Below are positions 50,959 to 64,000 of a stretch of 64,000 nt of DNA, one piece after another; within the stretch, counting starts at the first letter, position 1; each line of letters opens with the position of its first letter. Under the pieces are notes generated by a model. The model made no database searches. It was not told the origin of the DNA and saw only the letters and a list, made by a program, of their open reading frames with translations. Position numbers and translations under genes: made by a program. The stretch is taken from contig JANJGN010000034.1 of NCBI GenBank assembly GCA_026770705.1, forward strand, positions 13,020,001 to 13,084,000, written 5' to 3'. Source of the stretch: Isurus oxyrinchus (taxonomy: Eukaryota).

Positions 50959-52275
50959 CTGAGGTCAACAAGAAACAAACAGGGTGAATGCAAATTGCAA
51001 AGCTGCCAGACAACTTATAACAGTCATTTGCTTCTTCAATAGAAAACGATCTCAGGGAAAGTCCACAATACCAACAGTTAGTAGCCAAGCCTAAAAGTGG
51101 GCACATGGGGGTGAGACAAAGACTGTCATCGGCTACAAGCTAGGTGTCAGCTTCAATTGGTAGCACCCTCATCTCTGAGTTACAATGTCACGGGTTCCAG
51201 TCATAAGAATACAAAATACAAATTAGGGGCAGGAGTAGTCCATTCGGCCCCTCGAGCCTGCTCCGCCATTTGACAGGATAATGGCTGATCTGATAGTAAC
51301 CTCCCGCCTACTTCCATAACCTTTCACTCCCTTGTTAATCAAGAATCTATCTAGCTCTGCCTTAAAAATATTCAAAGCCTCTGCTTCCACCGCCCTTTCA
51401 GGAAGAGAGTTCCAAACACTCACTGCCCTCTGAGAGAGAGAAAAAATTCTCCTCATCTCTCATCTCAAATGAGCGCTGGCTTATTTTTAAACCATGACCC
51501 CCCTCATTTTTGATTCTCCCACAAGAGGAAACATCCTGTTCCACTCACCCTGTCAAGGCCCCTCAGGATCTTAAAGGTTTCAATCAAGTCACCTCTTACT
51601 CTTCCAAACTCCAGTGGATACAGGCCCAACCTGTCCAGCCTTTCCTGAGCATGACCTGTGCACTACATATCTAGGGTGGCATTTCTTCCATGATGCCCAG
51701 GTCAATATTTATCCCCCCCCACCCCCAACCAACACTACGGAAGTAGATTACCTGGTCATGTAACATTGCTGTTTGTGGGATCTTGCTGTGCTGGAATTGA
51801 CCACCCTTGATGCCTGTGTTTGCAAAAGCGGCTACCCTTCAAAAGGTGCAGCACTGTCCATACTGCATGTGCTGAGGTGCCGCACGGGGTCAACCACTTT
51901 TTTCACTTTGCCAAAGGATTGCTGCGCTGAACCTTCTCGATGACACATCCAATTAGTGATGGGGGGTGGGGCTCGAACCGACTTCTGACTCAGAGGCAGG
52001 ACTGGTGCCGCTGTCAAGCTACAGGGGTTGCAGGGGCTGGGAATCTTATAGACCTCCCCTCTCCCCTCGGGCTGTATGACTCACATTGAATGTGAGCAGT
52101 AAATAGTACATGCACTACCCATTGTACTGAGGCAGCATCATCTACGTGGGTAATTTGAATATCATCACTCTTCCTGGAATGGCTATTTTGAAGTGTCCTT
52201 TTTAGCTATTTTATGAATAAAGCACATTTTTGCAAAAGAACCGAAAGGCTTAGCAGTGGCTATGCAGTTACCTAC

Positions 52276-52623
52276 CCAGGACTGTTAAGTTGATGTGGGA
52301 TTCGTGCTTTCCAGTGGGGAATACGTTCACCTCACAGCTGTACAAGCCTTCGTCAGCCAATTCTAAAGGGTTGATTGTCAGGGTGCAGTTCCGGGAAGAT
52401 GCGTTGTGGAAGGTGACTCTCTCCGATGGGGTCGGGTAACTGGTCCCGAAGAACGGGTTGTACACGGCCAGGTTCTCACTCATTGGCCCAGCTTGTCTCA
52501 ACCACGTCACCTGCACGACTGTAACGTTGGAGTCGTCGCTGATGAAATGGCAGGGGAGTTTCAGGCCTTCACCAGCATTCCCCATTATAACATCATCGAC
52601 TTTAATGTTCTGTGTTACCGCGA
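52276..52623 (-). CDS. Nectin/PVR-like receptor, exon 2 (IgV)
   Basis: ccctacag| acceptor, G|gtaggt donor, 348 nt, phase 1-1; LPC, VVQVTW, AVYNPFFG (AX6G), DEGLYSC, VFPTG. Confidence 0.95.
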
Positions 52624-54837
52624 CTGTAGGGTGGGATAAGAAGAAAAAGTGACTCTCTGGCAGCCATCTCTGAATGCGAATACAGCAATGCCAAGACGCC
52701 AATGAACCTTGCTTAGGTATTTGGCAGAAGCCCAATTTGATTTTTTTTTTTCCCAAGCACTCTGCTTTAATTTTTAAAAGATTTATTTAAGGGCATCACC
52801 GGGTAGGCCAGCATTTATTGCCCATCCCTAATTGCACCTACTCAGAGGGCATTTAGGAGCCACATGTAGGGCAGACCAGCAGATTCCCTTCCCTAAAGGG
52901 GCGTAATTGAACCAGATGGGTTTTTAACAATTGATTACTGGTCACAATCAGGCTTTTAACCCTAGATTTTTTAATTGAATTCCACATTGGCTGTGGTGGG
53001 ATTTGGAACCTGGGTCCCCAGAGCATTACCTTGGGTTGTGGGATAAGACAAGTCCAGTGACAATGCCACTATGCCAACACCTCCCCCAGGTGGACTGCTG
53101 TCCCCAAATTTGGTTAAGTAGCCAACATCAGAGATTGAAAAATTCAGTTTGAGAACAATCTAAAAAACAGAAATGATTATCGTAAGAAGGGTTTTCACTT
53201 ATTCATAGGGTTCTTTGAGAATATGTCAGTATATGTAACCATTCAATGTAAAAATGTGAATAGCCCTGAGAAGTTCAATTAAAAAAAAACAAAATTCTTA
53301 GTGTCATGCATACTGGCACTAAAAACGTATTAGTGAATGCAGTTGTTACACTGACAACCACTCCGACAGATTCTACATTATTCAAGAGGGAAACTTTATT
53401 TTTCAAACCTCAAAGGCCAAAAGTGTGAACAGTTCTGCAGTTTATTTTAAATAGCTTCAGTACATGTGACCAAGGTAGTTCATTTAAAAATGAATACAGG
53501 GGAGGCCACTTCGGACTGAGATGAGGAGAAACTTCTTCACTCAGAGGGTGGTGAATCTGTGGAGGCCAAGTCACTGAATATATTTAAGAAGGAAATAGAT
53601 AGCTGTCCATACTCTAAAGGCGTCAAGAGGTGTGGGGAGTCTGCGGAAGTGTGGTGTTGAAATAGAGGATCAGCCATGTGAATAGTGGAACAGGCTCCAA
53701 GGGCTGAATGACCACCACCTGGAAATTCGCCTCCAAGTCACTCACCATTCTGACTTGGAAATATATCGGCTGTTCCTTCACTGTTGCTGGGTCAAAATCC
53801 TGGAATTCCCCTCCTAACAGCACTGTGGGTGTACCTACACCACATGGACTGCAGCGGCTCAAGAAGGCAGCTCACCACCGCATTCTCAAGGGGCAATGGA
53901 GGATGGGAAATAAATACTGGCCCAGCCAGCGAAGCCCACACTCTGTGTTTGGGTAAAAAAAAGGCTGCTTTTTTTTTTGCCATGGGTCATCCATATTTGA
54001 ACGTGTGTTAGTTCCAGCATTAGGGCCGCCCATTATTAAAACATTCTTTTAAAAAAAAATTGCTGTGCAAAATTACTTTTATAAATTCATACGTAATTTC
54101 TTTATGGCACTATATTCAAAATATTTCCTTGGTAGGATAGTTCACTCAATAGACGAGGGGAGATGTTCATATATTGCCAACTGAATTGTAAAATTGTCAG
54201 TTCGTTAATGTTAAGTCTTTGTAAATTGATTATCCCAGACTGGAAACCAATTGAGCTTAAAAACATAGATTATTAGACAGAAAAGAAAAATCTAGCATAC
54301 AGCGAGAGTGTTTTTAAACATCTCCCCTCCCAACTCCCGCCCTTATGGATATGCCCGTGGTCTTTAACATAGCAAAGGAAAATAATATATTCGAATTCGA
54401 GTTTAATTGAAGTTGAATATAAGATGTTGTCTTCCCTGGGCAAAGCTGAAGAAAAAGATGCTCCAAAAGTTGGAAATGCTGTTTTGTTCGTCCACAACAG
54501 AAAGGGTTTGTTTTTCATTGCATGAATCCAGGAACATGTTGCTCCGCCCTTTCTGCAAACCGGCAGAGAGAAGTTAACCCTTTCTGCTGAACTTTTTTTT
54601 CCACCCAAATATAATGTTCACTCACTCCACAACTTTTGCACCGCTGGGTGTAAATTTATACAACCGGCATTATTGAGTTATAAGTTTTTAAGTTGACGGC
54701 ATATGACTGGGCGATATCCCAAATCTCAAAGGGTAACCAGCCAATGGGTCTGGAACTCTGCAATTGGAAAGCACAGCGGACCCAACATCAGCGAAGGTTT
54801 ATGCGTCCCCGACTCTTGTAACGTAGAATGATAAATA

Positions 54838-56795
54838 CCCCACGGAACTCATTTCTCGTTATCTTGACTCCCTTCTCTCTCCCCTTGTCCAGTCCCTTCC
54901 CACCTACATCAGTGATTCCTCTGACACCTTACGTCACATCAACAATTTCCAATTCCCTGGCCCCAACCGCCTTCTCTTCACCATGGACGTCCAATCCCTC
55001 TACACCTCCATCCCCCACCAGGATGGTCTGAGGGCCCTTAGCTTCTTCCTCGAACAGAGGCCCGAACAATCCCCATCCACCACCAATTTCCCCCGTCTGG
55101 CTGAACTTGTTCTCTCATTGAACACCTTCCTTAAACTAGTCCCACTTCCTCCAAATAAAAGATGTGGCTACGGTTACCCGCATGGGCCCCAGCTATGCCT
55201 GTCTCTTTATGGGGTATGTGGAACATTCCTTGTTCCAGTCCTACTCTGGCCCCCTCCCACAACTCTTTCTCCGGTACATCGATGATTATTTCGGTGCCGC
55301 TTCATGCTCTCGTCGGGACCTGGAAAAATGTATTAATTTTGCTTCCAATCTCCACCCCTCCATCATTTTCACATGGTCCATCTCTGACACTTCCCTTCCC
55401 TTCCTTGACCTCTCTGTCTCAATCTCTGGTGATAGACTGTCCACCAATATCCATTACAAGCCTACTGACTCCCACAGCTACCTCGACTACAGCTCCCTAC
55501 ACCCCACTTCCTGTAAGGACTCCATCCCATTCTCTCAGTTCCTTCACCTCCGTCGCATCTGTTCTGATGATATAACCTTCAAAAACAGTTCCTCTGACAT
55601 GTCCTCCTTCTTCCTTAACTGAGGTTTTCCACCCACGGTCGTTGACAGGGCCCTCAACTGTGTCCGGCCCATCTCCCGCGCATTCGCCCTCACGCCTTCT
55701 CCTCCCTCCCAGAAACATGATAGGGTCCCCCTTGTCCTCACTTATCACCCCACCAGCCTCCGTTTTCAAAGGATCATCCTCCGCCATTTCCGCCAACTCC
55801 AGCATGATGCCACCACCAAACACATCTTCCCTTCACCCCCCCCTAGTGGCATTCCATAGGGATCGCTCCCTCCGGGACACCCTGGTCCATTCCTTTATCA
55901 CCCCCTACTCCTCCTCCCACGGCATCTTCCTATGCAAATGCAGAAGATGCAACACCTGCCCCTTCAATTCCTCTCTCCTCACCGTCCAAGGGCCCAAATA
56001 CTTCTTTCAAGTGAAGCAGCATTTCACTTGCATTTCCCCCAACTTAGTCTACTGCATTCATTGCTCCCAATGTGGTTTCCTCTACATTGGAGAGATCAAA
56101 CGTGGACTGGGTGACCGCTTTGCAGAACACCATTGGTCTGTCTGCAAGAATGACCCAGACCTCCCTGTCGCTTGCCATTTCAACACTCCACCCTGCTCTC
56201 TTGCCCACATGTCTGTCCTTGGCTTGCTGCATTGTTCCAGTGAAGCTCAACGCAAACTGGAGGAACAACACCTCATCTTCTGACTAAACACTTTACAGCC
56301 TTCCGGACTGAATATTGAGTTCAACAATTTTAGGTCTCGAACTCTCTCCTCCATCCCCACCCCCTTCCCATTTCTTCCCCCTTCCTTTTTGTTTTTTCCA
56401 ATAGTTTATATAGATTTTTTTCTTTTCCCACCTATTTCCATTATTTTAAATGTATTTCCACCATTGTTTATTTCTACCTTTTAGTATTCCCCCACCCCCA
56501 CTAGAGCTATCTGTACCTAATTAGCATATTCCTTTAGACAATATCACCAGCTTCAACACCTCTGTTCTTTTGTCTGTGACAGCTTTTGGTTATCTCCACC
56601 TATCACTGACTGCTTGTCCCAACAAACCCCCCCCCCCCCACCCCCCTTAAACCAGTTTATATTTCACCCCTTTCTTAATTTTACTTAGTTCCGTAGAAGG
56701 GTCATGAGTACATGAAACTTCAACTGTACTCTTTGCCGCTGATGCTGCCATATCTGCTGAGTTTTTCCAGGTACTTCTGTTTCTGTTTTTGTTAT
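54838..56795 (+). mobile_element. 5'-truncated, frameshifted PLE in intron 1 of the nectin-like gene
   Basis: MDVQSLYTSIP, FLRYIDDYF and LVYCIHC..YIGE in broken frames; PLE 3' tail. Confidence 0.93.
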
Positions 56796-57725
56796 GGTAA
56801 ATACCAATGCCGTTCTAAAGACCATTCTGGGCCGAATACAAAAGTCCTTCATCATTGAATGTAATACAACTCCTGCAGAACGTAGAGTTCTCAACAACCA
56901 AGGCCCGGGTTCCCTAACATTTTACACAATTTACAAATACATGTGTACACACAGATGCCTATACACACACATAAATATACACACAGACACATATAAATAC
57001 AAGCANNNNNNNNNNNNNNNNNNNNNNNNNNNNNNNNNNNNNNNNNNNNNNNNNNNNNNNNNNNNNNNNNNNNNNNNNNNNNNNNNNNNNNNNNNNNNNN
57101 NNNNNNNNNNNNNNNNNNNNNNNNNNNNNNNNNNACACACATAAGTACAAACACACAAATACACACAGATACACACATAAATATACACACATAAATACAC
57201 ATACAAATACACAAATGCAAACACACACACAAATACACGCACACAAACACACATATAAATAAACACAAACACATACACACATATATACACACATATATAC
57301 ACGCATATCAATACACACATACACACATGTAAATACACACAAACATACATAAACACACATATAAACACACAAGTACACACAAACACATTTCCGCCATCAA
57401 CAGAGTGGAGATATGTTAAGATTGATCGTTCGCCAGCATTTAAATGTCACACTTCTTCCATCAAATAAGGCGCTCACAATAAATGAACCATTACTATACA
57501 GTCCCACCTTGAAAATGGTATCTGGACACGGGTAATAATTTTCCCGGACAGAAATAACGTTCCGATCCTCCAAAATGTTACATGGTCAGTAACAGGCATT
57601 TTCACGGTTCCCTTTCTACGGGACAGGATCTTTATTTATTTTTTTAAATCGCATGGTTGTACATGTGAAGGAACTGGATCAGAAGTGAGAGAGCAAGGGC
57701 GCGAACTTGGCAGAACCAAACCTAC

Positions 57726-57774
57726 CTGTGCAAAGAGCCAGCTGGACAAACCAGGCGAGATTAACTGAACTCAT
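57726..57774 (-). CDS. Nectin/PVR-like receptor, exon 1 (signal peptide MSSVNLAWFVQLALCT)
   Basis: gcgATG start, G|gtaggt donor, 49 nt, phase 1, joins the V exon in frame; lies in a CpG-rich region. Confidence 0.82.
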
Positions 57775-58450
57775 CGCCAGTACCCGGGTTTTGCAAATTG
57801 TTAAGACAAATGTTGTTCCTCAGAAGGTGGAATGTAAGGTCAGCATTGTCCGGTCATTCATCGCGATAAAGACTCAAAGCAACACTATAGGCGGCCAGGC
57901 AACCTCTGTGCAAAGAAGTGAAAGAGGGTTCCAGTTTCCAGCCTGTCCTCCTGGAAATTTATCCCGAATTCCTTTGGCAGGTGAAACAAAAAAAAAACAG
58001 AGAGACCAGGTGAGTTGAAGTATCGAATCTCACAGCCAAATTTCGCCCAGGACCTTTGATTTCTTCACTCCAGTTTCGTTAACCTTGGCGGAGGCGCTCG
58101 ACGCAGTAAACCCAGAGCAGAAGCGGAATAAACTTTATTTCTTTCGGGTATTATTGGGTGGCTGTGTCGAATTAACGCCGGACATTCCTCACGGCGAGAA
58201 CGGCCCGCCCTAACGGCTTGCAAGTCGTTCCAGTCGCCTCCTTTGCTTCCGCCCTGAGCCAGGTTGGTGCTGTTTGGCTGGGATCTGGCGATAGCAGGGT
58301 GGGTCCAGCGACACTGGAACTGGGCATTGCCGCACTGGATTCAGACCTTGTGTGCGGGCACGAATCCAGGGGATGCACGCATGAATGTCGCCCATCCCGC
58401 CCCCTCGATAGGAAAAGGGAAATGACTTCAGGGCCCCTTCATTTCACGTT
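57775..58450 (-). promoter_or_regulatory. CpG-enriched putative promoter and 5' UTR of the nectin-like gene
   Basis: Visibly higher CpG density; GC boxes (cccgccc near 58205 and 58396) upstream of the ATG. Confidence 0.55.
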
Positions 58451-58519
58451 TCAGACCAACTGGCTGGATGTCGCAACATCACAGGAGAAGCTTAAACAAT
58501 GTCAACACTCAGAAGCCCA

Positions 58520-59375
58520 GTGCTATAGTATCCTCAGAGACTGAAGCAGTCCATGTCCAAATGCAGCAAGACCTGGACAATACCCAGGCTTGGGCTGACC
58601 AGTGGCAAGTAACATTCACACCACGCAAGTGCCAGGCAATGACCATCTCCAACAAGAGAGAATCTCACTATCGCCTCTTGACATTCAATGGCATTACCAT
58701 CACTGAATCCCCCACTATCAACATCCTGGGGGTTCCCATTGACCAGAAACTGAACTGGACCAGCCATATAAATACTGTGGCTACAAGAGCAGGTCAGAGG
58801 CTGGGAATCCTGCGATGAGTAATTCACCTCCTGACTCCCCAAAGCCTGTCCAACATCTACAAGACACAAGTCAGGAGTGTGATGGAATACTTTCCACTTG
58901 ACTGGATGAGTGCAGCTCCCACAACACTCAAGAAGCTTGATACCGTCCAGGACAAAGCAGCCCTGCTTGATTGACACCCCATCCACAAACATTCACTCCC
59001 TCCACCACCGACACACAGTAGCAGCAGTGTGTACTATCTACAAGATGCACTGCAGGAAGTCACCAAGGCCCCTTCAACAGCACCTTCCAGACCTATGACC
59101 ACTACCATCTAGAAGGCTGAGGGCAGCAGACACATGGGAACATCACCACCTGGAAGTTCCCCTCCAAGTCACTCACCATCCTGACTTGGAAATATATCAC
59201 CATTCCTTCACTGTCACTGGGTCAAAATCCTGGAACTCCCTCTCTAACAGCACTGTGGGTGTACCTACACCACAAGGGCTGCAGCAGTTCTAGAAGGCAG
59301 CTCACCATCATCTTCTCAAGGGTAATTAGGAATGGGCAATAAATGCTGGCCCAACCAGCGATGCCCACATCCCAT
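58520..59375 (+). mobile_element. LINE 3' fragment (CR1/L2 group), probable partner of the local SINE
   Basis: QQDLDNTQAWADQWQVTF..ILGV..LNWTSHI; tail gggcaataaatgctggc..gatgcccacatccca also ends the SINE copies. Confidence 0.85.
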
Positions 59376-62193
59376 AAATGCATTTAGAAAGTTTAATATT
59401 GATTGGCACCAGCATGTGCATTGGAAATTGGTTAAAGGTTTCCAGAATTGCTTGTCCTACATTATAGTGTCTCTGCCCGCATAGGTACCAATCAATGGTG
59501 AATGATGTCAACCTCGAGCTAATTAATTTTGATGGCTCCACACAATCCCTCCTGTTCAGTCTTGAGTATTTAGGATACAGAAGGAGGCCATTCGGCCCAT
59601 TGAGTCCATGCCAGCTCTCTGTAGAGCAATCCAATCGGCCCCATTCCCTCGCTCTATCATGTAGCCCTCTGGGTTTAGTTCCTCAAAGTCCCCTGTCCAG
59701 TTTCCGCTTTGGATTCAGTGATTGTTTCCACTTACACCCTCATGGGCAGCAAGTCACCACTCAGATGTCCCCCTTCCTCACATTCCCCCCCCCCCCCCCC
59801 ACTGCATCTCTTAACCCTAATCTTCAGTCCATGTCCCCCCACCTCACCCCCCCCCCCCCCACCGCCCCACCCCCCGACCCCAACCCCAGTCCCTGTACCA
59901 TCAGCCAATGGGAACAATATTTCCTCATCTACCTTGTCCAAACCTGTCATTGTCTCATCATCATCATGGGGTTGAAGGTGTGGCCTAATTGAGGTGTACA
60001 AGATTATGAGAGGGCCTATATAGAATAGCGGAGAAGTCAAGGGCCAGTGGGCACAGATTTAAGACGACTGGTAGAAGGATTAGAGGGGACATGAGGAAAA
60101 ACTTCTTCAGCCAGGAGGAGGTGAGTGTCTGGAATTTGCTGCTTGGTTTGCTGGTGGAGGCAGAAACCCTCAACTCATTTCAAATCTACCCGGATCGGCA
60201 TCTGAAGTGCTGTAACCTGCAAGGCCATGGACCAGGGTCTGAAAGGTGGGATTAGACTTGGCTGGCTATGTCTTTTTTTTATTTTTTGCTTCTTCGGCCA
60301 GCGCAGAGACAAAGGGCTGAATGGCCTCTTTCTGTGCCATAACTTCCTCCGATTTAACCTTGTAGCTAAAATTACTTGTCCCTGGAACCACTCTGACAGA
60401 TCGCCCTTAACTCCCTCTCAACATCCTTCCTAAAGTGTGGTGACCAGGATGGGACGCAGTACTCCCACTGTGACCCTGCCAGATCTGGGGAGATGGTGTT
60501 GTAGTGGTAATCTCACTGGACCAGAGATCCAGTGTTGATTCTCTGGGGAGCTGGGTTCAAATCCCACCACAGCATATGGTAGAATTTGAATTCATTAAAA
60601 ATCTAACTATGACCATTAAACCATTGTTGTAAAAGCCCATCTGGTTCATTAATTCCCCTTGAAAGAGATCTGTCATCCTTACCATGTTCTGGCCTACATG
60701 TGACTCCAGACCCCACAGCAATGTGGTTGACTCTTAACTATCCCCCTATGAGGGATGGGCAATATGTCCACATCCAATCAATAAGCAAAAGTTTCATTGA
60801 TAGCCTCAAAATCAAGGCCTGGAATCTCTTGGGGTGAGTGCTCCCATCATAACCAGCAGATTATATAATCTGTCCAAAATATAACCTGTTGGGTTCTGAC
60901 TGGCCTCTCACCAAAGGTTGAAAGAAAATTCATTGAGACTTTCTGACATGCCATGAGTAGAAGTAGCCATTGGGTAGGGGGTGTGTGAGGGAACAAACAA
61001 TGTGAGTTCAACTCCTACTGTGGCAGCTCAAGAATTGGAGTTCATCTTTTGCAACAACAGTGGGGGAAAAAAAAATAAAGTTTTGGTGTCAGTGACTGGG
61101 TTAAAAACCCAACTGACCACCCCATGTTTTCTGTCAGGGAATGAAACCTATTCCTTTTCCCGGCCTGGTCCACATGCAACACCAGCCCCCACGCCAACAT
61201 GGCTGATGGTTAACTGACCTCTGAACTCTCTAGTGATCCACCCAGTTCTGTTTGTTGCCCAGTGGTGTTTGTATTCAGCCTTCAGCCATTCAGGGCATGG
61301 AAGGAGGCCGTTCGGCCATTAAACGTCGTTTAAGTTGTTTGTCTGCATATCATGAAGTGAAAAAAAATATAATATTGAAAGGGAAGCTTATGTCTGAAAC
61401 TGCGCATGAGTTTAATAAGAACGAAACTTTGCAGCTAACAGACACTGTCTCCCACAAAGAGAAGTGGTTTTAAAGCCAAGCATAACAAAGTCCCCGGGTT
61501 AAAAAATGCAACTGCTGCTGAAGGCTAAAAAAAAATAGTTTTAAATAACATATATTCCTTCATCGGGAATTAAAAAAAACATATATTGCCCCGGGGACTT
61601 GATCCCTGAGCTCGGAAAATTGTCAATTTCCAAATAAGAACAGCAATTATCCATCGAGGTCACTTCCACTTTCTCAGTTGGCAACGTGAACAAGAGTAGT
61701 TCAGCAGCTGCTCTTCCTCTATTCTTAGGTAAAACTTCATCCAAGTTGACATGTGCTGTTGATATCCTAGATGAGGATTGGGGGAGGGTCTTACGCTTTC
61801 TTCATAGGGTACCTGCCCCCTCCCAATTCTTAGACATATGCGCCATTCAGTTGTGGAATTGGTCCCTGTACCTCATACTTTTTAACACTCCCTGCGATTG
61901 GCAAGAGCAGCAATTGTTGCCTGTTCCTAAGATGGACCCAGGTGACAATTCTCTTTGGCTGTTCACTTGTGGCTCACCTAATGAGGGCTTTCACCTCCTT
62001 CCTTGTGCAACTTGGGGGTCTGACCTTTGTGGAAGTCCCAATATGGACCCAGACCAATGTCCGTATGCACAGTGGCCAGAGGGACTCTGGGCAATAACAG
62101 CATTGAGATACGACTACGCTCTGATTGGCTGTTACTGTAATTGGACATGCACATGTTTAATGGCCTCTGCAGGTATTCTTGGTCGAGAGGAGA

Positions 62194-62869
62194 CTAAAGG
62201 AGCAAGTTAAGTGTATGTGATCCATGAAAAATATTTTCTCACAACCCTTCACTCTGCAATTCCCATCTATTGTCATCTTTCCCCCAAAATATACCACCCC
62301 TACTTGACAAATGTTTCTCATTAATTGCATATTTTATATATTTTGGAGCAATGCAGGGGTGACACTCACTTCCAAGTGTGCAACAGGTTTACTTACATGA
62401 GTTTGAAAATATCTCCGCAATCACAAATTGTCTGCACTTGTGCTTACAGTCGCTTCTGTGGTGTCTTTTTACTTAATGCTGAGTCCACATCCAGACTTAA
62501 TGAATCAAGCACAGTGAGCATTGATGATTAACCAGACTCACATAATCAGGCACAGAACAAATGAACACTACATCTTTCACTTGCAATGTCGCGTTCCCTC
62601 TGAATCCTTTATTTAACACCACTTCACTACTCCTTACAATGGCGTCTCTAAACCCCCCGCCCATTCTGGACTAACACCACATCTGTACCCAAATATATTC
62701 AGTTTTGGTATGAAGCAACAGTGTCTCTAATCCCAGAAGTCATTATACACAGTGGAAAATACAAGCGGGGCTGGTATATTTTGAGGGAAATATGACAATA
62801 GATGGGAATTGCAGAGGTTGTGAGAAAATATTTTTTGTGGGTCACAGAACCTTAATTTGCCATATCTAG
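62194..62869. mobile_element. MITE-like element with about 110-bp imperfect terminal inverted repeats
   Basis: aaaatattttctcacaacc..tctgcaattcccatctattgtcat (62228-62276) is the reverse complement of 62792-62835. Confidence 0.7.
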
Positions 62870-62902
62870 AGATCACTGAGGCACACAAAGCAACAACTTA
62901 AC

Positions 62903-64000
62903 TAAAAGCAAAATACTGCGGGTGCTGGAAATCTGAAACAAAAACAAAAATACCTGGAAAAACTCAACAGGTCTGACAGCATCTGTGGAGAGGGATACAG
63001 TTGACATTTCGAGTCTGTATGACTCTTCAAAAGAACTGAGCAAATTGAGAAATGAGGTGAAATATAAGCTGGTAGAGGGGCGTGGGACAGGTAGAGCTAG
63101 ATAGGGGGCCAGTGTTAGGTAGAGGCCGAGAAGAGATTGCCAAAGATGTCATAGACAAAAGGAGTGTTGACGGTGGCGATATTACATAAGGAATGTGCTA
63201 ATGGGGACATTAAGGGTAGCAAGCAGGACAAGCTAGTGGCAGATGGTCCTAACGGGGGTGGGGTGGAGGGAATGGACTGAAATGGGCTAAAAGGTGGAGA
63301 TAAAACAATAGATCAAAATAAATTTTGAAATAGGTGGGAAAAGAAAAATATATTTTGTTAAAAATGATAAATTATTGGAAAAAGGGGGATCAGACAGGGG
63401 GTGGGGATAGAGGAGAGAGATCATGGCCTAAAACTGTTGAACTCAATATTAAGTCCAGAAGGCTGTAAAGTGCCGAGTTGGAAGATGAGGTGTTGTTCCT
63501 CCAGTTTGCGTTGGGCTTCACTGGAACATTGCAGCAGGCCAAGGACAGACATGTGGGCGTGAGAGCAGGGTGGGGTGTTGAAATGGCAAGTGACAGGGAG
63601 GTCTGGGTCATGCTTGCAGACGGACCAAAAGTGTTCTGCAAAGCGGTCACCCAGTCTGCGTTTGGTCTCTCCAATGTAGAGGAGACCGCATTGGGAGCAA
63701 CGAATGCAGTAGACCAAATTGAGGGAAGTGCAAGTGAAATGCTGCTTCACTTGAAAGGAGTGTTTGGGCCCTTGGACGTTGAGGAGGGAGGAAGTAAAGG
63801 GGCAGGTGTTGCATCTTCTGCGGTTGCATGGGAAGGTGCTGTGGGAGGGGGTTGAGGTGTAGGGCATGATGGAGAGTGGACCAGGGTGTCCCGGAGGCAA
63901 CAATCCCTGCAGAAAGCTGCCAGGTGGGGGGAGGGGGGTGTGAAGGGAAGATGTGTTTGGTGGTGGCATCATGCTGGAGTTGGCGGAAATGGCGGAGGAT
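62903..64000 (-). mobile_element. PLE of a second subfamily (GIY-YIG plus 3' UTR), continuing beyond the window
   Basis: ORF 63421-63972 (NLVYCIRCSQCGLLYIGET); 3' UTR differs from the 26-30 kb copies. Confidence 0.93.

Noticed and set aside
61541-62210. ORFs 61541-61744 (-) ending EGIYVI and 61686-62210 (+)
   Set aside because: No convincing splice acceptor, recognisable domain or linked exons.

Overview
Vertebrate genomic DNA, most likely a shark or ray (inferred from the repeat families), dominated by repeats: an 8.3-kb minisatellite, other tandem arrays, CR1/L2/Tx1 LINE fragments, tRNA-derived SINEs, Penelope-like elements (PLEs), an ERV remnant and an RPL29 retrocopy. Most long ORFs in the track are repeat artefacts. 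Following splice sites by hand yields two convergent, phase-consistent immunoglobulin-superfamily receptor genes that the ORF track shows only in pieces. (1) Plus strand, 14382-21987: about 211 aa, one IgV domain, an uncharged TM and an intrinsic ITAM (DSTYMGLNLSDRQLYSNL) built from tiny exons. (2) Minus strand, 57774-41120: 8 exons, 414 aa, nectin/PVR-like (V-C-C-TM); its tail has ITIM- and ITSM-shaped motifs in which both tyrosines are replaced (IVHATL, TVNADV). A TSD-bounded insertion at 35072-35932 holds about 20 tandem copies of a 36-nt hammerhead-ribozyme-like unit from a PLE 3' end. All calls were made by eye; no database search was run.
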